From Felis catus (lineage: Eukaryota), in NCBI RefSeq assembly GCF_018350175.1, contig NC_058368.1:194062001-194126000 (forward strand): a DNA stretch of 64,000 nt, written 5' to 3'. This document shows positions 51,711-64,000 of this stretch, piece after piece. The notes beneath the pieces are model-generated. The model made no database searches and was not told where the DNA came from. It saw only the letters and a program-made list of their open reading frames with translations. A program made the position numbers and the translations under genes. Position 1 is the stretch's first letter. Each line of letters opens with the position of its first letter.

Positions 51711-52629
51711 AAAATCCAACCTGAGGGATAGACTGTCTCATCTACATACTTAATAGTTTTTTATACCTTATATATAACCTTTATTAACAGTAAGAATGGC
51801 TGTCACAGAGTAAGAATTGGTAGATGAGTTTCAGGTTGCTGTCCTTTCATGCATTAGTGATTGTTCTGTGATTGGATTTAGGGGCTCAAGGATGCCTGAG
51901 GTTATACAATTAATACCACATCTAATTTACTTTAGGGATACATTAGTGGGAATTCAAGGGGATAATAAAGCTAAAAGCAGGTAGGCCGTGGTTCATGGTT
52001 GTTAAATAGCAAATCCTCTGTTGTTGTTTTTTTTTTTGTCCCATTTGTTGTCATTCCTTGAGTAATCTACATTGTACTTTAATTAATTATGGACATTTAT
52101 TATTTGTCTGCTACACTATGGGCTGGCATAGGGCAAGGTATATCCATAGTGTCTGATTCAACTTTGTTTCCTTTTCATCTTCTATACAGTGTCTTTACCA
52201 TACTTAATCCTCAGTAAATAAATATTATCCATGTTTAAGGGTAGGGGATCTTTCTATGGACATGGATGAATAACAGGGTTGGCTGGCTTTGTGGTTGGTT
52301 TATAGAACCATCAGGCCCATCTGCAGCTGAAGTTAACAAATCTATTACATTTTTTAATATGAAAGATTCTGAAGTCTGCAGAGGTAAGCAGACACACCAA
52401 GCCAATCTTAATCCACCTTTAGGTCATCCAATAGGAAGAGTATTAGGTTTGGAATTGGAAGACCTGAGTGTTTCTTTCATCCCCACTATGCACTATTAGT
52501 ACTTTCTGTGAGGAATTAGGGAACTTGCTAAATTCCTGGAATTGGCCTCCTTTTTAAAAATAGCACTCACTCACCCTGTTTCTCCTTTAGAGTTTTGAAA
52601 AGATCCAACTAAGAGGACCTCGTACATCA

Positions 52630-52900
52630 AAATCTATCCTGTAGACAAACTCTTGGGAATGTGCAAAGATACGGTGACAATGAAGTTGGCTGCAACACTG
52701 TAGAAGCAAAAAGTCAGAGGCAACCTAAATATTCATCGGGTGAAGCATGGCTAAATAAATGCTAGCTCATCCATAAAATTAAATATTATGCAACCATTAA
52801 TTATGTAGATCTGTATATTGATAAGAAGAATTTCCATGATACATTTTTGAATGGAAAAAAAAATTGAAAACTCTGGTATCGCTTGTGGTCCCAGTTTTAA
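52630..52900 (+). mobile_element. Ancient L1ME-like 3' fragment
   Basis: caacctaaatattcatcg...tggctaaataaatgctag...aatattatgcaaccattaa. Confidence 0.7.
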
Positions 52901-53004
52901 CAGAAGAAAATAGACATGATGGTTTGGGAATAGATGAATGGTTACTTTGACAGCTCTAGGATACCCACGGAGTGTGGTTGGTTTTGGAGAGGACTAATAA
53001 CATG

Positions 53005-53250
53005 GATAAGAATAGCTAATATTTGTGGAACTCCTTATATATGCCAGTCACTATTCTGAATTTTACATTTATAAACTAATTCCTATTACAGCTCTGTTAC
53101 GAAGGCACTACTATTATTTCTACTTTACAGATGAGAAAACTGAGCTACAGAGAAGTGAAATAACATGGCTAAGGTTATAACAGAACATCATGTAAGAAGT
53201 AGAAACAAGATTTGGATCCATGTAGCCTGACTCTACAGTCTTCCCTTGGC
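53005..53250 (-). mobile_element. MIR SINE
   Basis: aatagctaatatttgtgg...tttacagatgagaaaactgag...ggatccatgtagcctgactc. Confidence 0.88.
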
Positions 53251-54403
53251 TGCAGCATTATATGGGGGTGAGCTGGGGAGTGTACTTCAGGAACATTTTC
53301 TTTCAATTTTCTGTGCTTCTGTGTGGTTCATATATCTTCATCAAACACATATTACTTTATAACTCTAAAACAATGCTTTTGCAAAAGTAGATTATATACA
53401 TGAAAGCATTTTGTTTTATAGCCTGTCACTTGCTGTACTTCTAAAATTCAGAGCACTAAGAGATGCTCCTTATATTAAAAAAATATATATATGAAGTTGT
53501 TTCACACATCAACATCTCTACACAATCTTTGCTAGGGTAAGGGAAGTTGAAAATAAGACATCCCCAGCTTTTACTTGTATTTTCTCCATAATGTGACTCG
53601 TGATTGCTTTGCAGATGGGGTCTGATTATCAAATTGTGCATCTTCCTAAACCCACTTGTGTCAATTGCAGATCAGACAATAACTAGCAAGTGGTGTCAGC
53701 ACCCCATCGTCAGAGCTGCTGTCGGCATTTGGCCAAGAATAAGGATGACAAGTATATACATTTCCAGCTTTGCAATCAACATGGAAATTAGGCAGCTTAT
53801 AGATGCTGAGTGGTCTTATAGAGAGGGCCCCAGCTGCAGACAAAATGCCAAACAGAGGATGATAAACAGAGCAGAGGCATTTAGCAGCTTTTCTTTTCAG
53901 CTGCTAGCCGCCTGAGAGCCTTGGCAGTAGGGCGGGGCTGGCAGGAATTACTGAATTATTTCAGAGCTAGAGGGGATCTTCAAGGCTTATTGTTCTCTTG
54001 TGAGGAACCTGGGCTCTGGAAGGGACTAATGGGAACGTACCCAGTACCCCCGCACAATGGAGGAGAAAGGGGGCATAGTGTGAGCCTTAGGCTTTTCCTG
54101 TGTCATTGAACCATAGATGCATTCGTTCATGCATGGATGGATGGATGTATTGGGGCATTTATTTATTAAGAAAAATCATCTACTGAATGCCAGTAGTCCA
54201 TTGTCCTCACTGCAAACAGAGTCATCTTTTAAAAATGGAAACTAGATCATTTCTCTTCTTAAAAGACTCCAATATCCTCACATTACTCTTGGAATAAAAT
54301 CCCAGTGCTTTACCAAGATGTATGAGGTCAAACAGACTGGACTCTTGCTTGCCTCTGTCAATTACCTCCCATCACTCACCTCTCCCAGCTTCTTTATCAC
54401 TGC

Positions 54404-55112
54404 TGTGGGAAGGGAAAGATCATTTCCTTTCTCCCCTTCTTCGTTCTTGGCTGAGACCCCTTTTGTAAAAGACATATGAATGAAAGAAAAACAAACGGGT
54501 TTAACAGCATGTCTACCTTCTGTATACATAGGAGATACCTAGGAAAACTGAACAACTCAACTGAATGGCTACCACCTTAGGTACTGTCTCCAGTTAAAGG
54601 CAAAGTGTGGGAGTTGGGGGGCCAGTCCTGGGAGGTGTTCAGGCAGAGCATACACAGTGAACAAAGGTGAGGTTTTATATAGCCTCTGCTCTCTCCGTTG
54701 ATGAGTTTCATCATCTCCCTTTTCCTGGTACATCAAAGGAGACACTCTTAAAAATGGTGATTTCTCTTATAAATGTCAAGATCTCTCTTACAAAAGAGTA
54801 ACTTCTGGGCAACTGTGTTTGTTAAGAGTCCGAGTTCAGCTCAGGTCATGATGTTGTGGTTCTTGAGTTCAACCCCCACATGGGGCTCACTGCTGTCTAC
54901 ACAGAGCCTGCTTCAGATCCTCTTTCCCCCTCTGTCTGCCCCTCCCCTACTTGCCCTCTCTCAAAAATAAATAAAACATTTTTTAAAAAGGGTAACTTCT
55001 GCTCGGTTTTCAGAGCTTCTCCTATGCTTGCTGTTGCTTAAAAATAATCAGCGTCAAATATTCCTTACGCCAAAGAGGCTTGTTTTGGGGTGACAAATTA
55101 TCCTCCCCTTCA
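54404..55112 (-). mobile_element. ERV1-type solo LTR (MER34-like), inside L2 and split by a SINE
   Basis: Minus strand starts tgaaggggaggataatttgtcaccccaaaacaagcctctttggcgtaagg, homologous to the start of the 18967 LTR; TG...CA ends. Confidence 0.8.
54807..54985 (+). mobile_element. CanSINE
   Basis: TSD aaaag(a/g)gtaacttctg at 54792 and 54986. Confidence 0.92.
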
Positions 55113-56096
55113 CAACCCTCTAGGCACACATCAAGTATTATGTCCTGAGATCAGACTAAGCTCTAGCTTGCCTCAGGTCTTTGTATTTGCCGTTCCCTCC
55201 ACCTAGAAGGTTCTTGCTGCTTCTTTCTCATGGTTCAGCCTTAGTATAAAAGTTACCTTCTCAGAGAGGCCTGAAGTCTATCTAAAATACCTCTTTCATG
55301 GGTTACTCTTCTCACACTTATATTTTCCTCCTGGTATTTCACTGCCTTCTGTAGGTATCTTTATCTGTTCACTTGTCAGTCACTTGTCTCATCTATACTC
55401 ATATACCCTGTTGTGTCTGACCGAAATCGGCCCTCAGCAAATGTTGGTGGAGTGAGTGATCCTGCTAAAGATGGGCTCTGTTCTAGGCATCAAGGTCATA
55501 GCAGATCCCTGGCCTGTGGCATTGATAATCTAGGAAGACTGACAGAGAAAAAAGTAGACACATATCAAACATTGCCAAATATTTATCCATATTTCCATAA
55601 GAAAATAAGAATATCAATTAATAATAAACTGATGTTATTTGGCACTTGGACACAATTATACTAGAACACATATCTACTTGTAATGAATGTGTTTGGATTT
55701 GAGAGAAGCAAGACAATATCTAACCCAGTATAATCAACTTTTTCTTATGGTTGCTGTTTTGAAATTGGGACTAAACACTCACATTTAGAGTCACAGTGAC
55801 TGTTACAGATACAAATGCAGACTGGTAAAGTATGTCATATTAGCAAGCACAACAATAAAAACAGCAACGCTGTTAATCACATGGTTTACTGAGATGATGA
55901 ACGATTCTTAGTAAAATTCTGATTATAACAAAATATTTAAAAAATTATATGTAAAATATGTAATTACATATTATACATCAACTTATATATGATATATATA
56001 ATATATAAAATTATAAAATATATAAAAATTATATATTATGTATACATTCCTAGAAAATTCAGGAAGCCATGAAAAAAAGCACGATTGCTTTTCATA

Positions 56097-56551
56097 CTAG
56101 GGACAGAAAAATTTTCCTTCTAACCTTCTAGGTTTGGCTGGCCTAAAATTGACATAAAACAGATTAACAAAGGAAAAGCAAATTTTTAATTTCATATGTA
56201 AGGGAAAAAATATGAGACCCAAATACAAGTCAGGCAGTTGAGGCTTATAGACCATCCTGAGCTAAAGAATGGGATGGAGGCCTGGGGCTTCCAAAGGGAG
56301 GAGGTAATTCACAGGACATAAGAAAAACAGAAGTTTGGGAAATAGATGTTTGCTCTACCATACAGACCGGTCTTAAGAGTATCTGGTAATAGCTTTCTTT
56401 CTGGGCCAAACCCCTTATCTAAATTCTTTTAGTTAATTAAGAGAGAGGTAAAAGCTTTTCTTGAATCTGCTGGGTTTTAATTGCCTTCAGCTTACAATAA
56501 TCCACACGCCAAAATGGCACATTTTGGTGTGGACTATTCCACTCCTTTTTA
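56097..56551 (-). mobile_element. ERV1-type solo LTR (MER34-like)
   Basis: cttcagcttacaataatccacacgccaaaatggcacattttggtgtgg is the reverse of the MER34-like 5' motif; gacataaaacagattaac near the other end. Confidence 0.8.
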
Positions 56552-56649
56552 ATATGTAAAGTGGAGTTAGGTTCTAGGCTCAAATGAATAGAAACTGTTT
56601 TTGTACTTCCTAAGGACCTGACAGAATGTTCAAGAGTTTGGGGGTGGTA

Positions 56650-56798
56650 GGAAAAACAATTATTAGTAGGGGTCTGATGCATTGCAGAGGTTCTAACGTT
56701 TCTGACCTCACTTAATAAGTACTAGTATCACCAATCAGCTGTTGTGACAACCAAAAATACCACCCTGGGGTTGGTGCCACTCTTGTTGAGAATCACTA
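56650..56798. mobile_element. hAT MER20-like remnant
   Basis: tgcattgcagagg...gttgtgacaaccaaaaat...gttgagaatcact. Confidence 0.7.
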
Positions 56799-57094
56799 AT
56801 CAAATTAAATGGACATATAGTCGATAGCCTATAGGGTGCTAACCATGCTTTAAAAAAAGTCGTATTTTAAGATGATGAGTTTATGATGTTGATAATAATG
56901 CTAGAGCATTTGAGAAACAGAGACAAAATCACATCCAGAACTTTAGACGGATTGCAAAATGAAGCTTGATATGACCCATGGACACATTCTTTCCCATCGT
57001 GGCCTCCGACACTGTGCAACAAAACCTGTGTGGGCTGTAAATGGCAGACAGAGCTCAGCTCCTGGTGATTAGCACACTTGAAGAAGTGTTTTCT

Positions 57095-57320
57095 GGGGTG
57101 CCTGGGTGGCGCAGTCGGTTAAGCATCCCACATCAGCCAGGTCATGATCTCGCGGTCCGTGCGTTCGAGCCCCGCGTCAGGCTCTAGGCTGATGGCTCGG
57201 AGCCTGGAGCCTGTTTCCGATTCTGTATCTCCCTCTCTCTCTGCCCCTCCCCCGTTCATGCTCTGTCTCTCTCTGTCCCAAAAATAAATAAAAAACGTTG
57301 AAAAAAAATTTTTTTTTAAA
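57095..57320 (+). mobile_element. Young felid CanSINE (SINEC_Fc-like)
   Basis: ggggtgcctgggtggcgcagtcggttaagc; exact TSD aagaagtgttttc at 57081 and 57321. Confidence 0.97.
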
Positions 57321-57769
57321 AAGAAGTGTTTTCCTCTCCTGGACATTATTCTGAAAATCAAAATAAAATGCATGGCACTTATCCATGACATCTAAACATT
57401 AGAAATACATGAAGAAAGACTGAGAAATACAGATGTAAATTTATCTGAAGGTGAAGTATTTTTGTTAAACATTATAAAATATTACCCAAACTCGAATATA
57501 TATGCAGAAGGGAACAAAGGAGGTTATGGAAGATTAAAACACACAAAACCAGCCTAGAATTTGAACCTATTTCAATTAGTGAACAAATATCTATTAAACT
57601 CAGTATGTGTATTTCTCTATATTATTCATTCTTACAGCTTTTAATCTTTATTTTTCTTTATTAAATCAAACTCTTTCAGGCAGAAACCAAGCTTTCCCAT
57701 TCGTTGAAAGTTCATATTATGCTTAGCACAATAATTGAAACAGAAGAGAATCCTATTATTTGCTTGGAA

Positions 57770-57915
57770 CAGGGATTCTCAAGTATATTAGAGTCACCTG
57801 GAAGGCAGTGCTTCTGAATCAGAAGTCTGGGGTGAGGTCTGAGAATTTGCATTTCTAAAAATTCTCAGGTGATGCTGCTACTGCTGATCCAAGAGCCACA
57901 TTTTGAGAATAATTG
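57770..57915. mobile_element. hAT MER5A-like
   Basis: gtctggggtgaggtctgagaatttgcatttctaaaaattctcaggtgatgctgc...cacattttgagaa. Confidence 0.85.
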
Positions 57916-57924
57916 GTTGAGAGC

Positions 57925-58165
57925 ATAATGTTATGAAGATTTCAGGCTCTAGAACCAGAGGGGCATAGGTTTAAATCCTAGCTATACTGCCTATAAACTG
58001 TATCTTCTTGGGCCATTTATTTGATCTTTCAGAGCCTCAGTCTCTCTTCATTTAATTAATGGGAATAATAATATCTATTTCATCAGTTGTGTGGCTAAGA
58101 TTACGTAACAAATAGAAAGCATTACAACTAGTACTCAGTATGTGGTCATTAGATATTAGCTGTTT
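57925..58165 (+). mobile_element. MIR SINE
   Basis: ggtttaaatcctagct...cagagcctcagtctctcttcatttaattaatgggaataata. Confidence 0.8.
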
Positions 58166-60204
58166 TTATGGAACTTTCTCCAATAAGAAAAGGCATGGGG
58201 TTACTTGAAATTAATGTGGAATGTATATGATGGTAAGTATTATAATAGAGGACTTTTAGGAAACATTTCAACTTGGGTTTAATGATTTTTGTTTGGCTCT
58301 TCCTGAATTAGAGAGGTAATTCAGAGGATTTTGATGTGGGGGAAAATAAACAGTCTAGTACCCATTAGAGTTGGTAATTAAAATATTGTTGAAGCATTGG
58401 CTATATTTATATGAAAACGGCTTGATTTGCCTACAGCAGAAAGTTTCTGTCTGGGAAGAAATGCAATGTTCAGATAGCTTGTAATCAAAACAACTACCCC
58501 ACACCTGGGAAAAGCAACTTGGTAATTTTGTGAGTAGGACGAGGGTGGAAATTAGCAAACACTTTTTGTAGCAGCAGTAATAATAGTAATTTTAAAAAGC
58601 TATTTTTCTCCAACATGATGAATTCTTTGTTTTATTGTCACTGAGCACAGGAAGTAGTGAGGTTTGAGAGTGTAGCTTGTGTCCTCATGAAGGTAAAGGA
58701 ATTACACCCTTCAGAGGATGCCTATACTGTTTGAACACAACGTGCTCAGTAAATTATCCAGGCACCCCTGGAATGAATAATTTGAATGATGGTCTTTTGT
58801 GGCTGGAGAAAAAACATGATGGTAATCCATTCCCCCATGCCTTCTTCTGAAGTTTGAATTCCTTCTAATGATTCATTTCTAAGCTGCCAGGTGTATTCTT
58901 CAAGACCTAAAGTGATAGGGCACTCATGTCCAAAGAAAGCGTGTTTTGACCTTGACCAGAATTTACAGTGAAAAATTACTTCTTTATATTCAGCTGAAAG
59001 CTCAAGTATCTTCCACATGTACAAAAGCAGATATGGGGACCCACCTAAATCTTCTATTCTTTTGGCAAGCATTTCCATATCTAAGGGAGCTATGAGGAAT
59101 ACTTATTCTAATAATTCAGATATAGGAAAACTTAAGGATTTGGTCCTGAAATATTATGCTCATATTTTTTTAAAGCAAATACACATCCAGAGACAATGAG
59201 AGCTCAGCCAAATGTCACCCAGATGTGATTAATATTTATCTCCCACCTATTGTCTTCATTTTCTCTCTGACCTTTTCATTTGGTTTCCACTGGGCTCTGG
59301 GATGTGGGCTGTGGCATTCCTGGTGGCATCCACATTAAACAGAGGCATTCATCTATTTGTTTACCAAATAAATAGTTATTTCTGAACACAGCCTGCATGC
59401 CTTTATCTGTATATTAACTTGGCATCATTAAAAGTCCCTCTCTTGAACTTCTGTTTTGTTCAGGGGGATTGAGGTGGCTGTTGATGTCGCCACAGATAAA
59501 GTAGCGGAAAGGACCTCCATCGTCATTTTGGAGCATGTGTTTGTGGGTTCTATTCTAGGCCGACAGGGAGCACATGAAAACATACCAAATGAATTCTAGA
59601 GATAGGAAATGCTGCTGGAGGAGAACAGAAAGAGGTCACAGAAGAAAGAGGATGGGAATGCTTTATGAAAGAAATGTATCTTGAATATGGATGGTAGAAA
59701 AAAGGATAACATTCCAGGTAGGAAGAGAAGCAGAAACAAAAATACAGAGAAAGAAACAGTTATACTGTATTTGAGGATAAAGATGAAATCAACAGACTAT
59801 TGTCCTGGGAAAATGGACAAGGAGAGAGTTAATAAAGAGTAATATCAAAGTAAAGTCAGGAAGTTCAGAAAGACTTCTGTGTAGTTCTAGTAACTGTAAG
59901 AACAAGCACTAAGACTTACAGGTCCTTTTCACTTGGCCATTGACTTTAAGCAAGAGAGACAAAGGCCAAACTTAGATAAGTTGATTTGGCTAAATAACAA
60001 GCCAACATATGCAAGTTCACATTTTTAAGTAGAGAAAACAGTTTATTCTGTACAAAGAAAATGAATAGAATTTCATGGTTATTTTTAGAACACCAGTGTA
60101 AGAGTATCCCCTAAAGTAATTGTGCATATAAATGAAAGCATGCTGGAATTTTGGAAAACATGTTGTATAATGTTTGAGTTTAATTACAAGACAGAGAAAA
60201 TTTG

Positions 60205-60453
60205 GAATTTTTCTCAGTAGGGGCAATGTTGACCCCAAGGGGGCAATCAATGGTTCTTAGAGGGAGAGGCAAAAGATTTTACTCTTTATGTATAAAATAC
60301 AAATATACATACAATATGTAAAAATAAATACATATGTATTATATACACACAATATATCTGTGATATTAATTTCATGGAGCAGCAATTAGGAAAAACAAAT
60401 CTCTAAAAGACTCTCTAGGGGAGTGATAATGAAGCAAAGGTTGAGAAACAGTG
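60205..60453. mobile_element. hAT-Charlie-like MER remnant
   Basis: Terminus aaaggttgagaaacagtg with a complementary ttttctcag start; family not identified. Confidence 0.5.
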
Positions 60454-60520
60454 CTCTAAATGAAGGCCAGCTGGTCAACCAGAAGAGAACCCAGCCCTGT
60501 AAGTTTAGAAAACTTATTTT

Positions 60521-61445
60521 GGGGGGAAGATGGTGGCGTAGGAGGACGCTGGGCTCACCGCGCGTCCTGCTGATCACTTAGATTCCACCTACACCTGCCT
60601 AAATAACCCAGAAAACCACCAGAAGACTAGCAGAACAGAGTCTCCAGAGGCAAGCACAGACGAGAGGCCCACGGAAGAGGGTAGGAAGGATGGCGAGGCG
60701 GTGCGCGCTCCACGGACTGGCGGGAGGGAGCCGGGGCGGAGGGGCGGCCCACTGGCCAAGCAGAGCCCCCGAGTCTGGCTTGCAAAAGTGGTGGGGCCAG
60801 ACGGAGTGTGTTCCCACAGCAAGCGGGACTTGACATCTGGAAGGTTATAAGCTAACAGCTCTGCTCGGAGAACGGGAGGCTGGAGGACAACAGGAGAGAG
60901 AGTTGTTGAGCCCCGGATGACAGAGCGAAGCTTGGAGCGGAACAAAGGCGCTCACCAGCGCCATCTCCCTCGCCCATCCCCCAGCCAAAATCCCAAAGGG
61001 AACCAGTTCCTGCCAGGGAAATTGCTTGCAACGCGCAAAAACTCAAAGCTGTACTTCTGCGGAACTATCCCTCTGGCGGGTCTGACTCCCTCCCGGTGCC
61101 GGTGCTGCAGAGGCCCTCCGGAAGCAGATTGCCTAAGGAAAAGTGAGCTGAGCCTGCCCCTCCCGCCCCTGTGCACCTTGCCTATCCACCCCAGCTAATA
61201 CGCCAGATCCCCAGCACCACAAGCCTGGCAGTGTGCAAGTACCCCAGATGGGCCACGCCACCCTACAGTGAATCCTGCCCCTAGGAGAGGGGAAGAGAAG
61301 GCACACACCAGTATGACTGTGGCCCCAGCTGTGGGCTGGGGGCAGACATCAGGTCAGACTGCAGCCCCGCCCACCAACTCCAGTTATACACCACAGCACA
61401 GGGGAAGTGCCCCGCAGGTCCTCACCACTCCAGGGACTATCCAAA
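60521..61445 (+). promoter_or_regulatory. L1 5' UTR / internal promoter, CpG-rich
   Basis: The only long CpG-rich stretch in the window; YY1-like aagatgg at 60527; L1 5' UTRs are known internal Pol II promoters. Confidence 0.75.
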
Positions 61446-62334
61446 ATGATGAAACGGAAGAATTCCCCTCAGAAAAACGTCCAGGAAATAACAAAAAATA
61501 ACGAACTGATCAAAAATGAATTAAACAACATAACAAAGTGAATTTAGAATAATAGTCATAAAATTAATCGCTGGGCTTGAAAACAGCATAAAGGACAGCA
61601 GAGAGTCTCTTGCTACAGAGATCAAGGGACTAAGGAACAGCCAAGAGGAGCTAAAAAATGCTATCAATGAGCTGCAAAACAAAATGGAGACAACTATGGC
61701 TCGGATTGAAGAGGCAGAGGAGAGAATAGGTGAACTAGAAGATAAAATTATGGAAAAAGAAGAAGCTGAGAAAAAGATAAAAAAAATCCAGGAGTATGAG
61801 GGGAAAATTAGAGAACTAAGTGATGCACTAAAGAGAAATAATCTATGTATAATTGATATTCCAGAGGAGGAAGAGAGAGGGAAAGGTGCTGAAGGGGTAC
61901 TTGAAGAAATAATAGCTGAGAACTTCCCGGATCTGGGGAAGGAAAAAGGCATTGAAATCCAAGAGGCACAGAGAACTCCCTTCAGACATAACTTGAATCG
62001 ATCTTCTGCACGACATATCATAGTGAAACTGGCAAAATACAAGGATAAAGAGAAAATTCTGAAAGAAGCTAGAGATAAATGTGCTCTAACATATAAAGAG
62101 AGACCTATAAGACTCATGACCGATCTCTCTACTGAAACATGGCAGGCCAGAAAGGAATGGCAGGAGATCTTCAATGTTATGAACAAAAAAAATATGCACC
62201 CGAGAATCCTTTATCCAGCAGGTCTCTCATTTAGAATAGAAGGAGAGATAAAGGTCTTCCCAAACAAACAAAAACTGAAGGAATTTGTCACCACTAAACC
62301 AACCCTACAAGAGATCCTAAGGGGGATCCTGTGA
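61446..62334 (+). pseudogene. L1 ORF1p, frameshifted
   Basis: ATG 61446 MMKRKNSPQKN... stops near 61540; other frame carries coiled coil and RRM/CTD (IAENFPDLGKE, RHIIVKL, TWQARKEWQEIF) to TGA 62334. Confidence 0.93.
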
Positions 62335-62384
62335 GACAAAGTACCAGAGATATCACTACAAGCAGGAAACCTACGGACATCACA

Positions 62385-64000
62385 ATGACTCTAAACCCAT
62401 ATCTTTCAATAATAACACTGAATGTAAATGGACTAAATGCGTCAACCAAAAGACATAGGGTATCAGAATGGATAAAAAAAACAAGACCCATCTATTTGCT
62501 GTCGACAAGAGACTCATTTTAGACCTGAGGACACCTTCAGATTGAGAGTGAGGGGATGGAGAACTATTTATCATGCTACTGGAGGTCAAAAGAAAGCTGG
62601 AGTAGCCGTACTTATATCAGACAAACTAGACTTTAAATTAAAGGCTGTAACAAGAGATGAAGAAGGGCATTATATAATAATCAAGGGTCTATCCATCAGG
62701 AAGAGCTAACAATTATAAATGTCTATGTGCTGAATACGGGAGCCCCCAAATATATGAAACAATTACTCACAAACATAAGCAACCTTATTGATAAGAATGT
62801 GGTAAGAAATTGATAAGTATTGATAAGAAAGTGGACTTTAACACTCCACTTACAGAAATGGATAGATCATCTAGACACACGGTCAATAAAGAAACAAGGG
62901 CCCTGAATGATACATTGGATCAGAGGTCTTGACAGATATATTTAGAACTCTGCATCCCAAAGCAACAGAATATGCTTTCTTCTCGAGTGCAAATGGAACA
63001 TTCTCCAAGATAAATCACATACTGTGTCACAAAACAGCCCTTCATAAGTATACAAGAATTGAAATCATACCATGCATACTTTCAGACCACAATGCTATGA
63101 AACTTGAAATCAACCACAGGAAAAAGTCTGGAAAACCTCCAAAAGCATGGAGGTTAAAGACACCCTACTAAAGAATGAATGGGTCAACCAGGCAATTAGA
63201 GAAGAAATTTAAAAATATATGGAAACAAACGAAAATGAGAATACAACAATCCAAACGCTTTGGGATGCAGCGAAGGCAGTCCTGAGAGAAAAATACATTG
63301 CAATCCAGGCCTATCTCAAGAAACAAGAAAAATCCCAAATACAAAATCTAACAGCACACCTAAAGGAAATAGAAGCAGAACAGCAAAGGCAGCCTAAACC
63401 CAGCAGAAGAAGAGAAATAATAAAGATCAGAGCAGAAATAAACAATATAGGATCTAAAAAAAGTGTGGAGCAGATCAACGAAAGCAAGAGTTGGTTTTTT
63501 GAAAAAATAAACAAAATTGATAAACCTCTAGCCAGGCTTCTCAAAAAAAAAGAAATGACCCAAATAGATAAAACCATGAATGAAAATGGAATTATTACAG
63601 CCAATCCCTCAGAGATGCAAGTAATTATCAGGGAATACTATGAAAACCTTTATGCCAACAAACTGGACACCCTGGAAGAAATGGACAAATTCCTAAACAC
63701 CTACACGCTTCCAAAACTCAATCAGGAGGAAATAGAGCGCTTGAACAGACCCATAACCAGTGAAGAAATTGAATCAGTCATCAAAAATCTCCCAACAAAT
63801 AAGAGTCCAGGACCAGGTAGCTTCCCAGGGGAGTTCTACCAGACGTTTAAAGCAGAGATAATACCTATCCTTCTCAAGCTATTCCAAAAAATAGAAAGGG
63901 AAGGAAAACTTCCAGACTCATTCTATGAAGCCAGTATTACTTTGATTCCTAAACCAGACAGAGACCCAGTAAAAAAAAGAGAACTATAGGCCAATATCCC
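62385..64000 (+). pseudogene. L1 ORF2p N-terminal part (APE endonuclease, Z region), several frameshifts
   Basis: [63 protein letters not shown] spread over separate ORF fragments. Confidence 0.94.

Larger units (their letters stand above)
60521..64000 (+). mobile_element. Young 5'-intact felid LINE-1, continuing beyond the window
   Basis: ggggggaagatgg terminus, CpG-rich 5' UTR, ORF1 and ORF2 homology in order; abrupt composition change at 60521. Confidence 0.97.

Noticed and set aside
55945..56045. AT-rich low-complexity tract
   Set aside because: Degenerate TA repeat with no further structure.
57095..57180. tRNA-like A/B boxes here and in other SINE heads
   Set aside because: tRNA-derived CanSINE heads with CT tract, tail and TSD; not tRNA genes.
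59464..59599. Acceptor-like site followed by a KH-domain-like peptide (VFVGSILGRQGAH)
   Set aside because: Frame stops after about 45 codons and the motif overlaps what looks like a minus-strand L2 3' end; probably coincidence.
61521..62186. 221-aa minus-strand ORF
   Set aside because: Antisense shadow of L1 ORF1; Ser/Phe/Leu bias mirrors the A-rich sense strand.

Overview
Mammalian genomic DNA, almost certainly from a felid: it carries 13 CanSINE copies, several of the Felidae SINEC_Fc type, plus carnivore-type LINE-1s. It is not microbial. The window is dominated by interspersed repeats: three ancient degenerate L1s with nested younger insertions, several carnivore L1 3' fragments, a young 5'-intact but frameshifted L1 running off the right edge (60521-64000), ERV1-type and MaLR solo LTRs, L2, CR1/L3, MIR and hAT MER remnants, and microsatellites. 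I found no credible host protein-coding exon, RNA gene or CRISPR array; the only recognisable protein sequence is L1 ORF1p/ORF2p. I did not find a novel biological system. The points most worth following up are retrotransposition oddities read from target-site duplications (a SINE-plus-unique-tail insertion, an 88-bp orphan insertion, an internally deleted L1 keeping both ends, a repeatedly hit insertion site) and repeat-free, motif-rich blocks at 48-59 kb that may be conserved enhancers. Repeat family names and boundaries of old elements come from recognition by eye and need RepeatMasker/Dfam confirmation.
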